Positions 1-10,137 of a stretch of 44,701 nucleotides of DNA are shown in pieces. The stretch comes from Promethearchaeota archaeon. Lineage in GTDB: Archaea; Asgardarchaeota; Lokiarchaeia; Sigyniarchaeales; SOKP01. The stretch is from the NCBI GenBank assembly GCA_048940925.1, contig JBHLOC010000021.1:1-44701 (forward strand), read 5' to 3'. The stretch's first letter is position 1, and every line of letters starts with the position of its first letter. Both the position numbers and the translations under genes were made by a program. The notes under the pieces were generated by a model that had not been told where the DNA came from, searched no databases, and worked only from the letters and a program-made list of their open reading frames with translations.

Positions 1-162
1 TTTGAATTTTTTTTTTGAATTTTTAATTATACTTATTTATTTATATAGATCTCTAAGTCATAAAATTAAAAAAGTTTTCGAATTTTAATATTAAGTGAAC
101 CAATAACAATTAAACTGATTTTTATAGAAAATGATATTCATTAGGTATGAGAATTCCATTAG

Positions 163-270
163 ATCATTTCGTAAGTTCTCTTCTTTTTAGGCATAAATCT
201 TTTCTATGTCATCTTCTACATTTTTTGGCACTAATTGGGTTCAAGGCACCACATCGTCTACACACAGATT
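163..270. repeat. Direct repeat, left copy (108 bp; partner 3010-3117)
   Basis: Ungapped manual alignment with 3010-3117 gives 9 mismatches in 108 bp. Confidence 0.95.
164..270 (-). pseudogene. rpl40e: Degenerate 3' fragment of ribosomal protein eL40 gene
   Basis: Minus strand reads SVCRRCGALNPISAKKCRR*HRKDLCLKRRELTK*. Matches the intact copy at 3011-3172 but has an in-frame TGA (209-211) replacing a Cys codon, no 5' third, and an in-frame TAA just upstream. Confidence 0.9.
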
Positions 271-338
271 GTTAGTAGGTAAGTTTTAAATATGATTGTA
301 TCAACATTATCTTAATAAGGCAAAAAACTAGCAGGAAA

Positions 339-2864
339 ATGAAAGTAAAAAGAAAGCAACTTGTATATCTATTTTTTTTCTTTACTATATTCATTTTTGC
401 GAACGTTTTAAATTATGCATATATAGATAAGTTTGAAAGGAACTTAAATAAAAAAACCAATAGGCTCATTGAAGATTATAAATTAAAAAATGCTGAGATA
501 ACAAATAAAATCCATATTGATAATAATTGGTCTGCTGCAAAAGCAGCGGGGATTTGTACTGGTGATGGCAATTACTCTAAACCTTATGTTATAGAAGATT
601 TGATAATAGATGGAGGTGGTTCAGGGAGTTGTATACTAATTGAGAATTCCAATGTATCCTTTATTATTCGAAATTGTACGCTATATAATTCTGGGAGTGG
701 AGCATTTAATGGGGGAATTAGATTGGATAATGTTGATAATGGACAATTAATTAATGATACCGCAAAAAATAATTACGCGGGAATATATTTAGATCATTGT
801 AATAACAACACGATTTTGGAAAATACCCTAAATGAAAATGAAAATGGGATTTATGCAGATCATTTTAATAATAACACGATTTCTGGAAATACCCTAAATA
901 ATCCTGGTGCTGGAATAAGACTATATTATAGTGATAACACTATGATTTCGAGAAATACCATAAATAATAGTGTTTATGGAATATATTTAGGTGATTGTTA
1001 TAACAACACAGTTATTGGGAATTTAATGAATTATTGTGAAATTGTTGTTAGGGGTTCTTATTTATTAGAAGTTGCATCACATTATATTGATGATACAAAC
1101 CTTGTTAATAACAAACCTGTCTATTATTATGCAAATGAAATTGGATTAGGGACGAATAATTTTACGAATGCTGGGCAAATTATTTTAATTAATTGTAGTA
1201 ATTCGATAATTTCTGAGTTAAATCTATCAAATGACACTGCTGGAATATATTTGTATTATAGTCATAACAACACACTTTCGGGTATTACCGTAAATAATAA
1301 TAACCTGACTCGGGCTGGAATATGGTTAAGATTTAGTGATAACAACACACTTTCAGGAAATACTGCAAATAACAATGAAAATGGAATAGATTTATATTTT
1401 AGTAATAATAACATACTTTCGGGAAATACTGCAAATAATAATCAGGGTGGAATAGTTTTATATGCAAGTCATAACAACACAATTTCAGGAAATACTGCAA
1501 ATTACAATGATTATGGGATACCTCTAGCTATTAGTAATAATAACACGCTTTCGGGAAATACTATAAATAACAATGGTGAGGGAATATATTTAGATGATAG
1601 TGATAACAACACACTTTCAGGAAATACTATAAATAACAATGATGAGGGAATAATTTTAGAATATAGTCATAAAAACACGTTTTTTGAAAATATTTTTCGA
1701 GATAATATAGAATATGGTATATTCATTTCAGACGGAATATACGAATACAGTACTCAGAATTTATTCTTTCAAAATTATTTTCTAAGCAATATTGTACATG
1801 CGTATGATGGAGGAATAGATAATTATTGGAATAATTCGATCATAGGTAATTATTGGGATAATTATATTGGCGTCGATGTAGATCATGATGGAATAGGAGA
1901 TACTCCCTATTATTTTTACGGAGGTGCGGATTATTTACCAATATATTTCATAAGAATAATTATTAATTCTCCTAAAAATTTTGATGTGTTTGGTGCCATA
2001 GCACCTAATTTTAATATAACAATTAATGAATCTAAGTTAGATAAGATGTGGTATTCCTTAAATGGAGGTGCAAATATAAATTTTACTGAGTTTACGGGAA
2101 AAATAAATCAATCTTTATGGGATAATTTGCCTGAAGGAAATGTAGTAATTAAATTTTATGCAAACGATACAATAGGAAGAATAGGATTTCAAGAAGTATC
2201 AATTAAAAAGGATATTACTGCTCCATCAATAACTATCAATAATCCCCATAATAACGAGATATTCAGCTTCACAGCCCCAAATTTTAATATAACCATTGAT
2301 GAACCAAATTTAGATAAGACTTGGTATTCTTTAATGGGGAGTAAGAATATAACTTTTTCGAAGAATACTGGAATTATAGATCAAGCGTTATGGGATACTT
2401 TTCCTGAAGGAGATATAACCATTAAATTTTATGCAAATGATACCTTAGGAAGAATAGGATTTCAAGAAGTATCAATCAAAAAGGAAAGTACTGCCCCGAT
2501 AATAACAATCAATAATCCCCGAAGTAACGAGATATTTGGTGTCGCAGCTCCAAGTTTTAATATTACGATTGATGAATCATATTTAGATAAGACATGGTAT
2601 TCCTTAAATGGAGATACGAATATAACTTTTAGAGGGTTTACTGGAAAAATAAATCAAACTTTATGGGATGCTTTACCTGAAGGAAATGTGGCCATTAAAT
2701 TTTATGCAAATAATACCTTAGGAAGAATAGGTTTTCAAGAAGTTATCGTAATAAAAGAAATTTCTCCTAGGGGGATTCCAGGATATGATTTAATATTCCT
2801 AGTAGGATTTATGTCTGCTATTGCCGTAATAATCATCAGAAAGAAATTAAATCATTTATATTAA
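339..2864 (+). CDS. Cell-surface protein with NosD/right-handed parallel beta-helix repeats, three tandem ~91-aa (probably Ig-like) domains and a C-terminal membrane anchor
   Basis: N-terminal hydrophobic segment; many GIYLxxSxNNTLSGNTxNNN repeats; GNYWDNY..D.D.DGIGD.PY NosD-type C-cap; C-terminal IPGY + hydrophobic helix + RKK, resembling a PGF/Loki-CTERM sorting signal. Confidence 0.85.
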   Translation: MKVKRKQLVYLFFFFTIFIFANVLNYAYIDKFERNLNKKTNRLIEDYKLKNAEITNKIHIDNNWSAAKAAGICTGDGNYSKPYVIEDLIIDGGGSGSCILIENSNVSFIIRNCTLYNSGSGAFNGGIRLDNVDNGQLINDTAKNNYAGIYLDHCNNNTILENTLNENENGIYADHFNNNTISGNTLNNPGAGIRLYYSDNTMISRNTINNSVYGIYLGDCYNNTVIGNLMNYCEIVVRGSYLLEVASHYIDDTNLVNNKPVYYYANEIGLGTNNFTNAGQIILINCSNSIISELNLSNDTAGIYLYYSHNNTLSGITVNNNNLTRAGIWLRFSDNNTLSGNTANNNENGIDLYFSNNNILSGNTANNNQGGIVLYASHNNTISGNTANYNDYGIPLAISNNNTLSGNTINNNGEGIYLDDSDNNTLSGNTINNNDEGIILEYSHKNTFFENIFRDNIEYGIFISDGIYEYSTQNLFFQNYFLSNIVHAYDGGIDNYWNNSIIGNYWDNYIGVDVDHDGIGDTPYYFYGGADYLPIYFIRIIINSPKNFDVFGAIAPNFNITINESKLDKMWYSLNGGANINFTEFTGKINQSLWDNLPEGNVVIKFYANDTIGRIGFQEVSIKKDITAPSITINNPHNNEIFSFTAPNFNITIDEPNLDKTWYSLMGSKNITFSKNTGIIDQALWDTFPEGDITIKFYANDTLGRIGFQEVSIKKESTAPIITINNPRSNEIFGVAAPSFNITIDESYLDKTWYSLNGDTNITFRGFTGKINQTLWDALPEGNVAIKFYANNTLGRIGFQEVIVIKEISPRGIPGYDLIFLVGFMSAIAVIIIRKKLNHLY
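1956..2757 (+). repeat. Three tandem intragenic domain repeats, 273-nt period
   Basis: Units start at 1956, 2229 and 2502 (I(I/T)IN(S/N)P...WYSL...LWD..PEG...IKFYAN.T.GRIGFQEV). Confidence 0.9.
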
Positions 2865-3009
2865 AGTTTTTTTTACTTTACTACTATTGATTTTCTTTTA
2901 AATAAATTCATTAGTGGATTTATAGAATTTATATTTAATTTTTGGATAATGTTTGATAAGTTTAATTGTTAATAAAAAATAATATTCTTTAGTTATAAGT
3001 AATATTTAC

Positions 3010-3117
3010 ATCATTTCGTAAGTTCTCTTCTTTTTAAGCGTAAATCTTTTCCATGACATTTTCTACATTTTTTGGCTCTAATAGGGTTCAAGGCACCGCA
3101 TCGTCTACATACAGATT
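3010..3117. repeat. Direct repeat, right copy (within intact rpl40e)
   Basis: Matches 163-270. Confidence 0.95.
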
Positions 3118-3172
3118 TTTCCAATAGGTGGTATCTTGCAATTCTTCGTTTCACAGGGTCATCAATTGGCAT
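3011..3172 (-). CDS. rpl40e: 50S ribosomal protein L40e (53 aa; absent from ORF track)
   Basis: Translation MPIDDPVKRRIARYHLLEKSVCRRCGALNPIRAKKCRKCHGKDLRLKRRELTK carries the CRxCGAxNP..A.KCRKC...LR.K eL40 signature. Confidence 0.95.
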   Translation of the reverse strand: MPIDDPVKRRIARYHLLEKSVCRRCGALNPIRAKKCRKCHGKDLRLKRRELTK

Positions 3173-3359
3173 TTTTACTCAGTCTTTATGTTTTTTCTAT
3201 GAAATGAAACTTACTTGTTAACCTATCAAGAATGATTTCTAAAACATACAATTCCAAATAAAATTTATGATTAAATAAATGTAGAATAAGATAAAATTAA
3301 AATTCTATAATGAATAGATCTAGCTATCAATTATTATGTCTAAATTGTGTTGAAAAATA

Positions 3360-3554
3360 ATGCCTAGAGAAATATTTGACGAAAAAAAGTTCTTAGAATT
3401 ATCAGAGTACGCGATTCATTGCCGTGTAAAGCGTTTAAAAGATTATGTTAAGTTAAAATTAAGGACAAAGAAAATTCTTTATACTTATAAGACTGATCCG
3501 TTTTCCGCAGAAAGGTTACTGCGAAATATTAGTTGTGATATAATAGAATTGTAA
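3360..3554 (+). CDS. rpl38e: 50S ribosomal protein L38e
   Basis: MPREI...FL...RVKR...VKLKLRT.K.LYT pattern of eL38; 64 aa; divergent from rpl40e. Confidence 0.85.
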   Translation: MPREIFDEKKFLELSEYAIHCRVKRLKDYVKLKLRTKKILYTYKTDPFSAERLLRNISCDIIEL

Positions 3555-3784
3555 CCTATATTTTATACTATATATAACTTATTTCTAGTACTTAGAGAAT
3601 TTGAGAAAATTACTATAATTTTTTTATTTGCTGAAATAACAAAATAAGCAGATATTAAGCTTTATTTTTTTTTTTGAAAAGTAAAATTATATATTCTTTT
3701 TTTTTTATTAATTTTAATGTAGGTTGAATATATTTTAGCAGAAATACAAGAAAATTGATCTAAATATCCTAAAAATAAGAAATC

Positions 3785-4705
3785 ATGATCCAGTCTCTCT
3801 ACATTTTTCAAAGTGCAACGAAAAATTTCTTATACATTAAGAATTTCCAAAGTGATGAAAAGTTGGAAATGTTTAGTTCTTTTTTTTCAGCATTACAAAC
3901 ATTTGTATCTGAGTTAACCTTGAGTGGTTCAGATTCATTAAGAACGATTGAATTGGGAGAGTATTTTGTTCTAATTACCACAATTCCTGAGATAATGTCG
4001 GATCTAGTAATAATTGTTGATAAAGCAGATATAAAGGAAGCGCAAAAATTAATCCCTCAAATAATGAGTATTATATTAAGTCATCAAGATTTATTCGTTA
4101 ACTGGGATCAAGATCCAGAAAAGCTTGAAATATTTGATTTACAGGTAGTACAACTAATTCTCTCTAATAGAAAATTGATTTCTGAATCTTCTTTAACTGC
4201 TAATCAAAGTTCTATATTAAAATCAATTTGGGACCAAAAAGGAGTCTTATCTGAGCAATTAAGAGAAAATTTATCAAAAGAAATGGAAAAACTAAATGAG
4301 GATTATTTAATAGAGGAAAATTATCTAAATAAATATAATATTTCTATGAAATTAATTGATATATCAGAGAAACTTAGAGATGATAAAAAATTTATTGAGT
4401 ATCAAACAGAAGCAAAATCGCTTAAAGATGAAATTAAAGATCGTAAACTTAGATTACAATTCTATTTAGGTAGACTTAAAGAATCTTTAGAATATTCTAA
4501 GTATGCAGAAACTTATTCTTATCTTTATTCTCTTTGTATGAAACTCCAAAATTTTGCTGAACCTGAAATTATTGAAAAATATAAAACACTTACAAAAACT
4601 TTGCTTAATAGAAATGAAATTCCTAAGGAAGAATTTAAGAAGGTGCTTAAAGAAATTTCAATGATAGAGGAAAATATTGGTCAAGTGTTTTCTTTAAACC
4701 CATAG
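3785..4705 (+). CDS. Longin-like domain protein with helical C-terminal region
   Basis: N-terminal MIQSLYIF...MFSSFFSALQTFVSEL...LRTIELG pattern typical of longin/roadblock-like folds expanded in Asgard archaea. Confidence 0.6.
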   Translation: MIQSLYIFQSATKNFLYIKNFQSDEKLEMFSSFFSALQTFVSELTLSGSDSLRTIELGEYFVLITTIPEIMSDLVIIVDKADIKEAQKLIPQIMSIILSHQDLFVNWDQDPEKLEIFDLQVVQLILSNRKLISESSLTANQSSILKSIWDQKGVLSEQLRENLSKEMEKLNEDYLIEENYLNKYNISMKLIDISEKLRDDKKFIEYQTEAKSLKDEIKDRKLRLQFYLGRLKESLEYSKYAETYSYLYSLCMKLQNFAEPEIIEKYKTLTKTLLNRNEIPKEEFKKVLKEISMIEENIGQVFSLNP

Positions 4706-4917
4706 TTCTTATATTAGATAATTTCTATAAAATTCTTTCTTTTTATCTCTTATAATGCTTTAATTATTTAGATCTAAACCTTATTTAAATGAGAAACTAT
4801 GAATTAATAACATAATATTAATTAAATATTATTAATAGAGATTAATTAGATTAAGCTAAATCAAATAAAATATTGAAGAATATTAATAAATCCGATATAT
4901 AATCTGGTCTGTTAATA

Positions 4918-5430
4918 ATGAAAGTTCTTCCTGCAGATAAAACATGTATTAATTCTGGATTCCTTTGTTCTAATTGTCAAGCTAGACTTGATGCCGGTGA
5001 GATAACAGAATTTGAAATTGATTTAGCGAGAACTTTAATTGAATTAGAGGAAGAAAATGAAAATTTTGCTTTCCTAAAGGAAATTTCCTTCTATAAAGCA
5101 ATAGATTATGAAGATGTTATTATAATTGTCATTGGGAAAAAAGACAAATTAAAAATTACTCACGAATTAGTAGAATGGATAAAAGATACATATGAAATTG
5201 ATGAAATAATTTTAGTTGAGCATACTAATAAACCCAGACCTGTTGTTGAAGCCTTAATCGCACCTTATAAATTAGTATCTTTAAATGAAATCTTTTTAGC
5301 AACAGGAGATATTCAATTTAGAGCAGTACTTTGGGAAGAGGATCGAGATAACATTTTATTTACAAAAGAAGAACTTGAAGAATTAATTTTAGAATTAACT
5401 GGAAATATTACTAGGGTAGAATTTCAATAA
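4918..5430 (+). CDS. Archaeal NusA-like KH/Zn-ribbon protein
   Basis: C..SG.LC..CQ..L..GEI...EID motif; position upstream of pth2-truD matches a conserved archaeal cluster. Confidence 0.65.
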   Translation: MKVLPADKTCINSGFLCSNCQARLDAGEITEFEIDLARTLIELEEENENFAFLKEISFYKAIDYEDVIIIVIGKKDKLKITHELVEWIKDTYEIDEIILVEHTNKPRPVVEALIAPYKLVSLNEIFLATGDIQFRAVLWEEDRDNILFTKEELEELILELTGNITRVEFQ

Positions 5431-5478
5431 TCAGAAATATTTAATTTGCTATTTTCTTAATATTTTAATAGATTTACC

Positions 5479-5835
5479 GTGGAAGAATATAAACAAGTCA
5501 TTTTAATAAGAACAGATCTAAAAATGGGAACAGGTAAAAAATGTGCCCAATCATGTCATGCTAGTGTTTCTGCTTCAGATTTAGTTCGAACCCACAATAA
5601 AACAGTTTGGAAGAACTGGAAGAATACTGGACAGAAAAAAGTTGTTCTTAAGATTCAATCTATGGATCACATAAAAGAATTAGTTATAAAACTTGAATCA
5701 AGTAAAATCCCATATTTTATTGTAAACGATGCAGGATTAACTCAACTAACTCCTGGAACAACAACAGCTGTTGGTATTGGACCTGTAGTATCGAAGGAGA
5801 TTGATAAAATAACAGGAGACCTAAAATTATTATAA
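5479..5835 (+). CDS. pth2: Peptidyl-tRNA hydrolase Pth2
   Basis: [27 protein letters not shown] and DAGLTQL.PGT.T..GIGP motifs. Confidence 0.97.
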   Translation: MEEYKQVILIRTDLKMGTGKKCAQSCHASVSASDLVRTHNKTVWKNWKNTGQKKVVLKIQSMDHIKELVIKLESSKIPYFIVNDAGLTQLTPGTTTAVGIGPVVSKEIDKITGDLKLL

Positions 5836-5858
5836 TATTATAACTATAGGCTAAAAAT

Positions 5859-7244
5859 TTGTCTAACTTCGAACCAGATACTTATATTTTTAGAGAAAAC
5901 AACGAAAGGTATGTAGAAAGGTTTGTCGGAATTCAAGCTTTTGCTACCTATAATATGGGAGTTATAGGTGGAGAATATAAAAAGGAGTTTAAAGATTTTA
6001 TTGTCAAAGAAATTGATAATAATGGAAAAATCCTTGATATAACGGAAGATTCCAGTACTCAAGTATTTTCTAAAGAATTAAAAGATAGATATACAACTTT
6101 TAATTTGATAAAAATAAATAAAGATACATTTGAAGCAATAAGAAAGATTAGAAAAGTATTAGGCATCCCTTCTAATCTAATACACTATTCGGGTTTAAAA
6201 GATAAATTTTCAATTTCGGTTCAAAAGATATCTGTAAAAGGAGATTACATCGAACAATTAAGAAAATTGAAAGTTAAAGATATTTTCATTAGAAATATTA
6301 TTCCAACTAAAAAACCTGTTAAATTGGGAAGTCACTGGGGAAATCATTTTACAATAGTTCTAAGAAATGTAAATGATGAAATGAATTTGAGAGATAAAAT
6401 AGAAGAATATATAGAATTTTTAAATAAATTTGGATTTCCTAACTATTTTGGGCTTCAAAGATTCGGAAATTATAGACCGAATTCACATATAGTCGGTCGT
6501 TTTCTTTTAGAGGGCAACTTTCAGAAAGCATTTGAAGAATTTGTGTCAACAACATATTCTACTGAATTTAAGGAATCAAAATTGGTAAGAAGAGAGTTTC
6601 GAAAAACAAGAAATCTTGTAAAAGCATTCAATGATTTTCCAAAAAGATTGAATTATGAAAAAAACATGATTCATCATCTGATTGAAAATCCAGAAGATTA
6701 TGAAGGTAGTGTTAATACTCTACCCTCTGATTTGAAGAAGTTATTAATTAGTTCTTTTCAATCATATTTATTTAACAAAATGCTCTCAAAAAGAGTAGAA
6801 AAAGGTTTTTCATTATTTAAACCTATTGAAGGTGATGTTATTAGTATATTAGATGACTACAATGGAAATATAACACAGGTAAAATATATTTATGGGAATT
6901 CTTACGATAGGTATCTAAAGAAGGCATTACAATTAAATCGCGCTATGATAGTATTCCCTATCATTGGTACTAATACAAATTTTGATGAATTTCCATTTTC
7001 AAAATTATTATTCGATGAGATAAAAAAAGAAGAAGGTATTGATGATAACATTTTTAATAACAAGTTAGTAAATGAGCAAAAGTTTAAAGGCTCTATTAGA
7101 GCTATAATAGTAAAACCAACAGCGCTAAAAGTTTTAGAATTAGCTGATGATGGTCATAACCCTGGAAAAAAAAAAATCAAATTTGAATTTTCTCTTCAAA
7201 AAGGCACTTATGCAACGATGATGATTAGAGAGTTTATCAAATGA
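5859..7244 (+). CDS. truD: tRNA pseudouridine(13) synthase TruD/Pus7
   Basis: DFIVKEI, GLKDK, GNHFTI.LR, FPNYFG.QRFG, QSYLFN and F.L.KG.YAT motifs. Confidence 0.96.
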   Translation: MSNFEPDTYIFRENNERYVERFVGIQAFATYNMGVIGGEYKKEFKDFIVKEIDNNGKILDITEDSSTQVFSKELKDRYTTFNLIKINKDTFEAIRKIRKVLGIPSNLIHYSGLKDKFSISVQKISVKGDYIEQLRKLKVKDIFIRNIIPTKKPVKLGSHWGNHFTIVLRNVNDEMNLRDKIEEYIEFLNKFGFPNYFGLQRFGNYRPNSHIVGRFLLEGNFQKAFEEFVSTTYSTEFKESKLVRREFRKTRNLVKAFNDFPKRLNYEKNMIHHLIENPEDYEGSVNTLPSDLKKLLISSFQSYLFNKMLSKRVEKGFSLFKPIEGDVISILDDYNGNITQVKYIYGNSYDRYLKKALQLNRAMIVFPIIGTNTNFDEFPFSKLLFDEIKKEEGIDDNIFNNKLVNEQKFKGSIRAIIVKPTALKVLELADDGHNPGKKKIKFEFSLQKGTYATMMIREFIK

Positions 7245-8715
7245 TATTAATAATAAATGACTTTAAAGTTTCAATTCCAAAAATATCAATCGTTTTCACT
7301 GAAATATTATAAGTACCGCTTTCATTGTATTGATATATATCTGATATTAAAGAAAGCATCCTATTTTTGGGAGTTCTATAAGAAAACCATAAATTTCTAA
7401 ATGAATCTTTTTGGTTATTAAAGTCAATAGCCCAATAATCAATCCAATCAGAAAATGACTTTATATTATAATTAACTTTTTCTGATATCAAGTTTTTAAA
7501 CGGTATTGAGTAATTAATTAATTCTACTGAAATTTTATTATTATTTTTTTGAATCTTTACTTCAAAATAGGGATTTTCATTAATTTGGAATTCATTTTTA
7601 TTTTGAATATTTTCATTTAAAAACACACTTGGGATTGATTTTGTTTTATTGTCCTTTTCAAAACATAAGATATTGAAGGAACGGTAATCTTTATTGTATA
7701 AATTTTTCCATTTTATCATATCTTTGCTATTCTTTATGTTAAGAATTCGTTTTCTAGACATATGTATCGCGTGAGCATTTGAATCACATCCGATCCAGCG
7801 TCTTTCTAGCTTTTCAGCTACAGCTAATGTAGTGCCTGAACCACAAAAGAAATCAGCTACAATATCTTTTTCGTTTGTGGAAGCTAATATTATTCTTTTC
7901 AAAAGACGTTCTGGTTTTTGAGTAGAGAAACCCTGATATTCTGATGTATTTGCTCTGACATAAGGGATATCATTCCAAACATCCCTGGGAAAAATACCCT
8001 TTTTAGTTACATACACTTTTCTTGATAATTTTTTTCCATTATGACTCCCCCCTCTGTAATAAAATATGCCCTTTTCATCTTTCTTTAATGCATTTTTTAC
8101 TCTGTCTGAATACTCCATATAGATATTTGGATTATCATTAAAAATATAATCTTTAGATTTTGTATAAAATAGAATTACATCAAAAGATCTCATAAAAAAT
8201 CTTTTAGTACGTGCTGAGGCAGCAGGATATGCCCAGATTATTTCATTTCTAAAGTTCTCAGGACCAAACACATCATCCATGATAATTTTTATATAGTGAG
8301 AAACATGCCAATCTAAATGAATATAAATTGAACCCTTCTGAGATAGCAATTTTTTCATTAATATTAAACGATTATACATAAAATCTATATATGAATCTAA
8401 ACCTTCTTTCCATTTATCATCATAAGCTAAATCGTTTATTATTTTTTTATTATCACCTATAGGGATCTTTAGGTTATAATCTCCACCCGTTGCAAATGGA
8501 GGATCAATATATATTAAATTTATTTTTTCGGCGAAATCATCTAATAGTGAATTTAGTATTAAAAGATTATCACCGAATATCAAGAGGTTTGGCAATCCAT
8601 TTTTAGTTTTAAGCTTATCTAGTTTAGATGGAAAAATATCTTTAATAAAGAAAGGAGGTGAATTATTTAATTCCATTTTATCCTTATTCTTTCCTTTCCA
8701 GTTTAAATTTGCCAT
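7237..8715 (-). CDS. Site-specific DNA amino-methyltransferase (beta class, Type III Mod-like)
   Basis: IYIDPPF (motif IV) precedes DFFCGSGTT (motif I); TQKPE.LL.RII motif. ATG at 8715 (MANLNWKGK) preferred over the track start at 8736. Confidence 0.92.
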   Translation of the reverse strand: MANLNWKGKNKDKMELNNSPPFFIKDIFPSKLDKLKTKNGLPNLLIFGDNLLILNSLLDDFAEKINLIYIDPPFATGGDYNLKIPIGDNKKIINDLAYDDKWKEGLDSYIDFMYNRLILMKKLLSQKGSIYIHLDWHVSHYIKIIMDDVFGPENFRNEIIWAYPAASARTKRFFMRSFDVILFYTKSKDYIFNDNPNIYMEYSDRVKNALKKDEKGIFYYRGGSHNGKKLSRKVYVTKKGIFPRDVWNDIPYVRANTSEYQGFSTQKPERLLKRIILASTNEKDIVADFFCGSGTTLAVAEKLERRWIGCDSNAHAIHMSRKRILNIKNSKDMIKWKNLYNKDYRSFNILCFEKDNKTKSIPSVFLNENIQNKNEFQINENPYFEVKIQKNNNKISVELINYSIPFKNLISEKVNYNIKSFSDWIDYWAIDFNNQKDSFRNLWFSYRTPKNRMLSLISDIYQYNESGTYNISVKTIDIFGIETLKSFIINII

Positions 8716-8795
8716 AAGTAATAGATAAGAAACCAAAAGATTTTATTCTTTTTTTCCTTTTAAAAGATAATTAAGTAAGAAAATTCGTGTGATTT

Positions 8796-10115
8796 ATGTT
8801 AGATGAATTAGGAGCTTGGAGAAAAACTCATTATACTAAAGATATCACATCAGAAACAGTAGATCGTGAAATAATTTTAGGCGGATGGGTTCGTAATTAT
8901 AGAAATCTTGGAGGTTTAAAATTCATATCTCTTCAAGATAAATATGGAGAACGCCAAATAACCTTAAAGAGGGGAGTGGTTTCAGATGATCTTTTTGATA
9001 ACACTAAAGTTGGATATCAATATTGCATAATGGTAAAAGGTATTGTTAAAGTATTTGACGAGGCACCAGGTGGAATAGAAATTATTCCCTCTGAAATTAA
9101 ATTATTAAATGAAACACCTGATAAACTTCCCATAGATATGACAGGAGAAACTGTATCAGAACTTGATTTAAGGTTAAATCATAGAGCGTTAGATCTAAGA
9201 TCTCTTAAAAATCAAGCTATATTTGAAATTAGAGGGGAATTACTTAGAGCTATAAGGAAGTTTTTATTCGAAAGAGATTTCACGGAGATAACAACCCCCA
9301 AAATTATAGGATCAGCAACAGAAGGAGGTACCGAACTATTTCCCATTATATATTTCGAGAAAGAAGCATTTCTTACTCAATCTGCACAATTATACAAAGA
9401 ACAATTAAGCGGAGTTTATGAAAAGGTTTTTGAAATAAGCGATTGTTTCAGAGCTGAAAAAAGTCGTACTAAAAGACATTTGTGCGAAATATTTACCTTA
9501 GACATAGAAATAGCTTTTGTTACGATGAAAGATGTTCTTGAATTATTGGAAGAATTGATCCATAATGCTATTAAGGATATCAGAGAAAATAAAATGGCTG
9601 CATTAAAATATTTAGAAATGGAGGATAAAACTAATGTCCCAGAGATTCCATTTCCTAGGTATAAATATGAAGAAATCATTGAATTAATTAACAATAAATA
9701 TGGGTTTAATCTTGAGTTTGGTGAGGATATATCAACTGAAGCTTATCGAAGATTAGGAGTTGATTTATCTGGATATTATTATATAACTCATTGGCCTATG
9801 TCTATTAAACCTTTTTACATTATGGCGTCAAAGAATCCAATATATAGTGAATCTTTCGACTTACAAAAAGGCATGTTAGAATTAACTTCTGGAGGAACCA
9901 GAGTTCATAATAAGGAATATTTAACTAAGGCACTTGAAGAAAAAGGATTAAATCCGCTATCTTTTAAATCTCACCTTTGTGTTTATGATTATGGAATGCC
10001 TCCTCATGCAGGTTTAGGATTGGGTATCGATAGATGGCTTTCTATTATATGCGGATTAGATGATATAAGAGAAGCAGTAATGTATCCAAGAACTCCTGAT
10101 AGACTAACTCCTTAA
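8796..10115 (+). CDS. aspS: Aspartyl-tRNA synthetase, archaeal type (probably non-discriminating)
   Basis: OB-fold GWV...RNLGG, ATEGG.ELF, QS.QLYK, FRAE and YGMPPHAG.GLG.DR...YPRTPDRL.P motifs. Confidence 0.95.
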   Translation: MLDELGAWRKTHYTKDITSETVDREIILGGWVRNYRNLGGLKFISLQDKYGERQITLKRGVVSDDLFDNTKVGYQYCIMVKGIVKVFDEAPGGIEIIPSEIKLLNETPDKLPIDMTGETVSELDLRLNHRALDLRSLKNQAIFEIRGELLRAIRKFLFERDFTEITTPKIIGSATEGGTELFPIIYFEKEAFLTQSAQLYKEQLSGVYEKVFEISDCFRAEKSRTKRHLCEIFTLDIEIAFVTMKDVLELLEELIHNAIKDIRENKMAALKYLEMEDKTNVPEIPFPRYKYEEIIELINNKYGFNLEFGEDISTEAYRRLGVDLSGYYYITHWPMSIKPFYIMASKNPIYSESFDLQKGMLELTSGGTRVHNKEYLTKALEEKGLNPLSFKSHLCVYDYGMPPHAGLGLGIDRWLSIICGLDDIREAVMYPRTPDRLTP

Positions 10116-10137
10116 TTTATCTATAAAAAAAAAGAAG

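Larger units (their letters stand above)
271..3009. mobile_element. Putative one-gene islet inserted at the 3' end of rpl40e
   Basis: Bounded by the 108-bp rpl40e direct repeats (intact gene on one side, decayed 3' end on the other). No integrase inside; mobility is inferred. Confidence 0.45.

Noticed and set aside
209-211. In-frame TGA at a Cys codon of the rpl40e copy read as selenocysteine
   Set aside because: The fragment has no start, an in-frame TAA just upstream and other missense changes; pseudogene decay is the simpler explanation.
1240-1680. Periodic ~66-nt repeats as a CRISPR array
   Set aside because: They are in-frame, degenerate coding repeats of a beta-helix; no cas genes are present.
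3011-3172. Ubiquitin-eL40 fusion as in eukaryotes
   Set aside because: The gene starts at its own ATG with no upstream in-frame ubiquitin domain.
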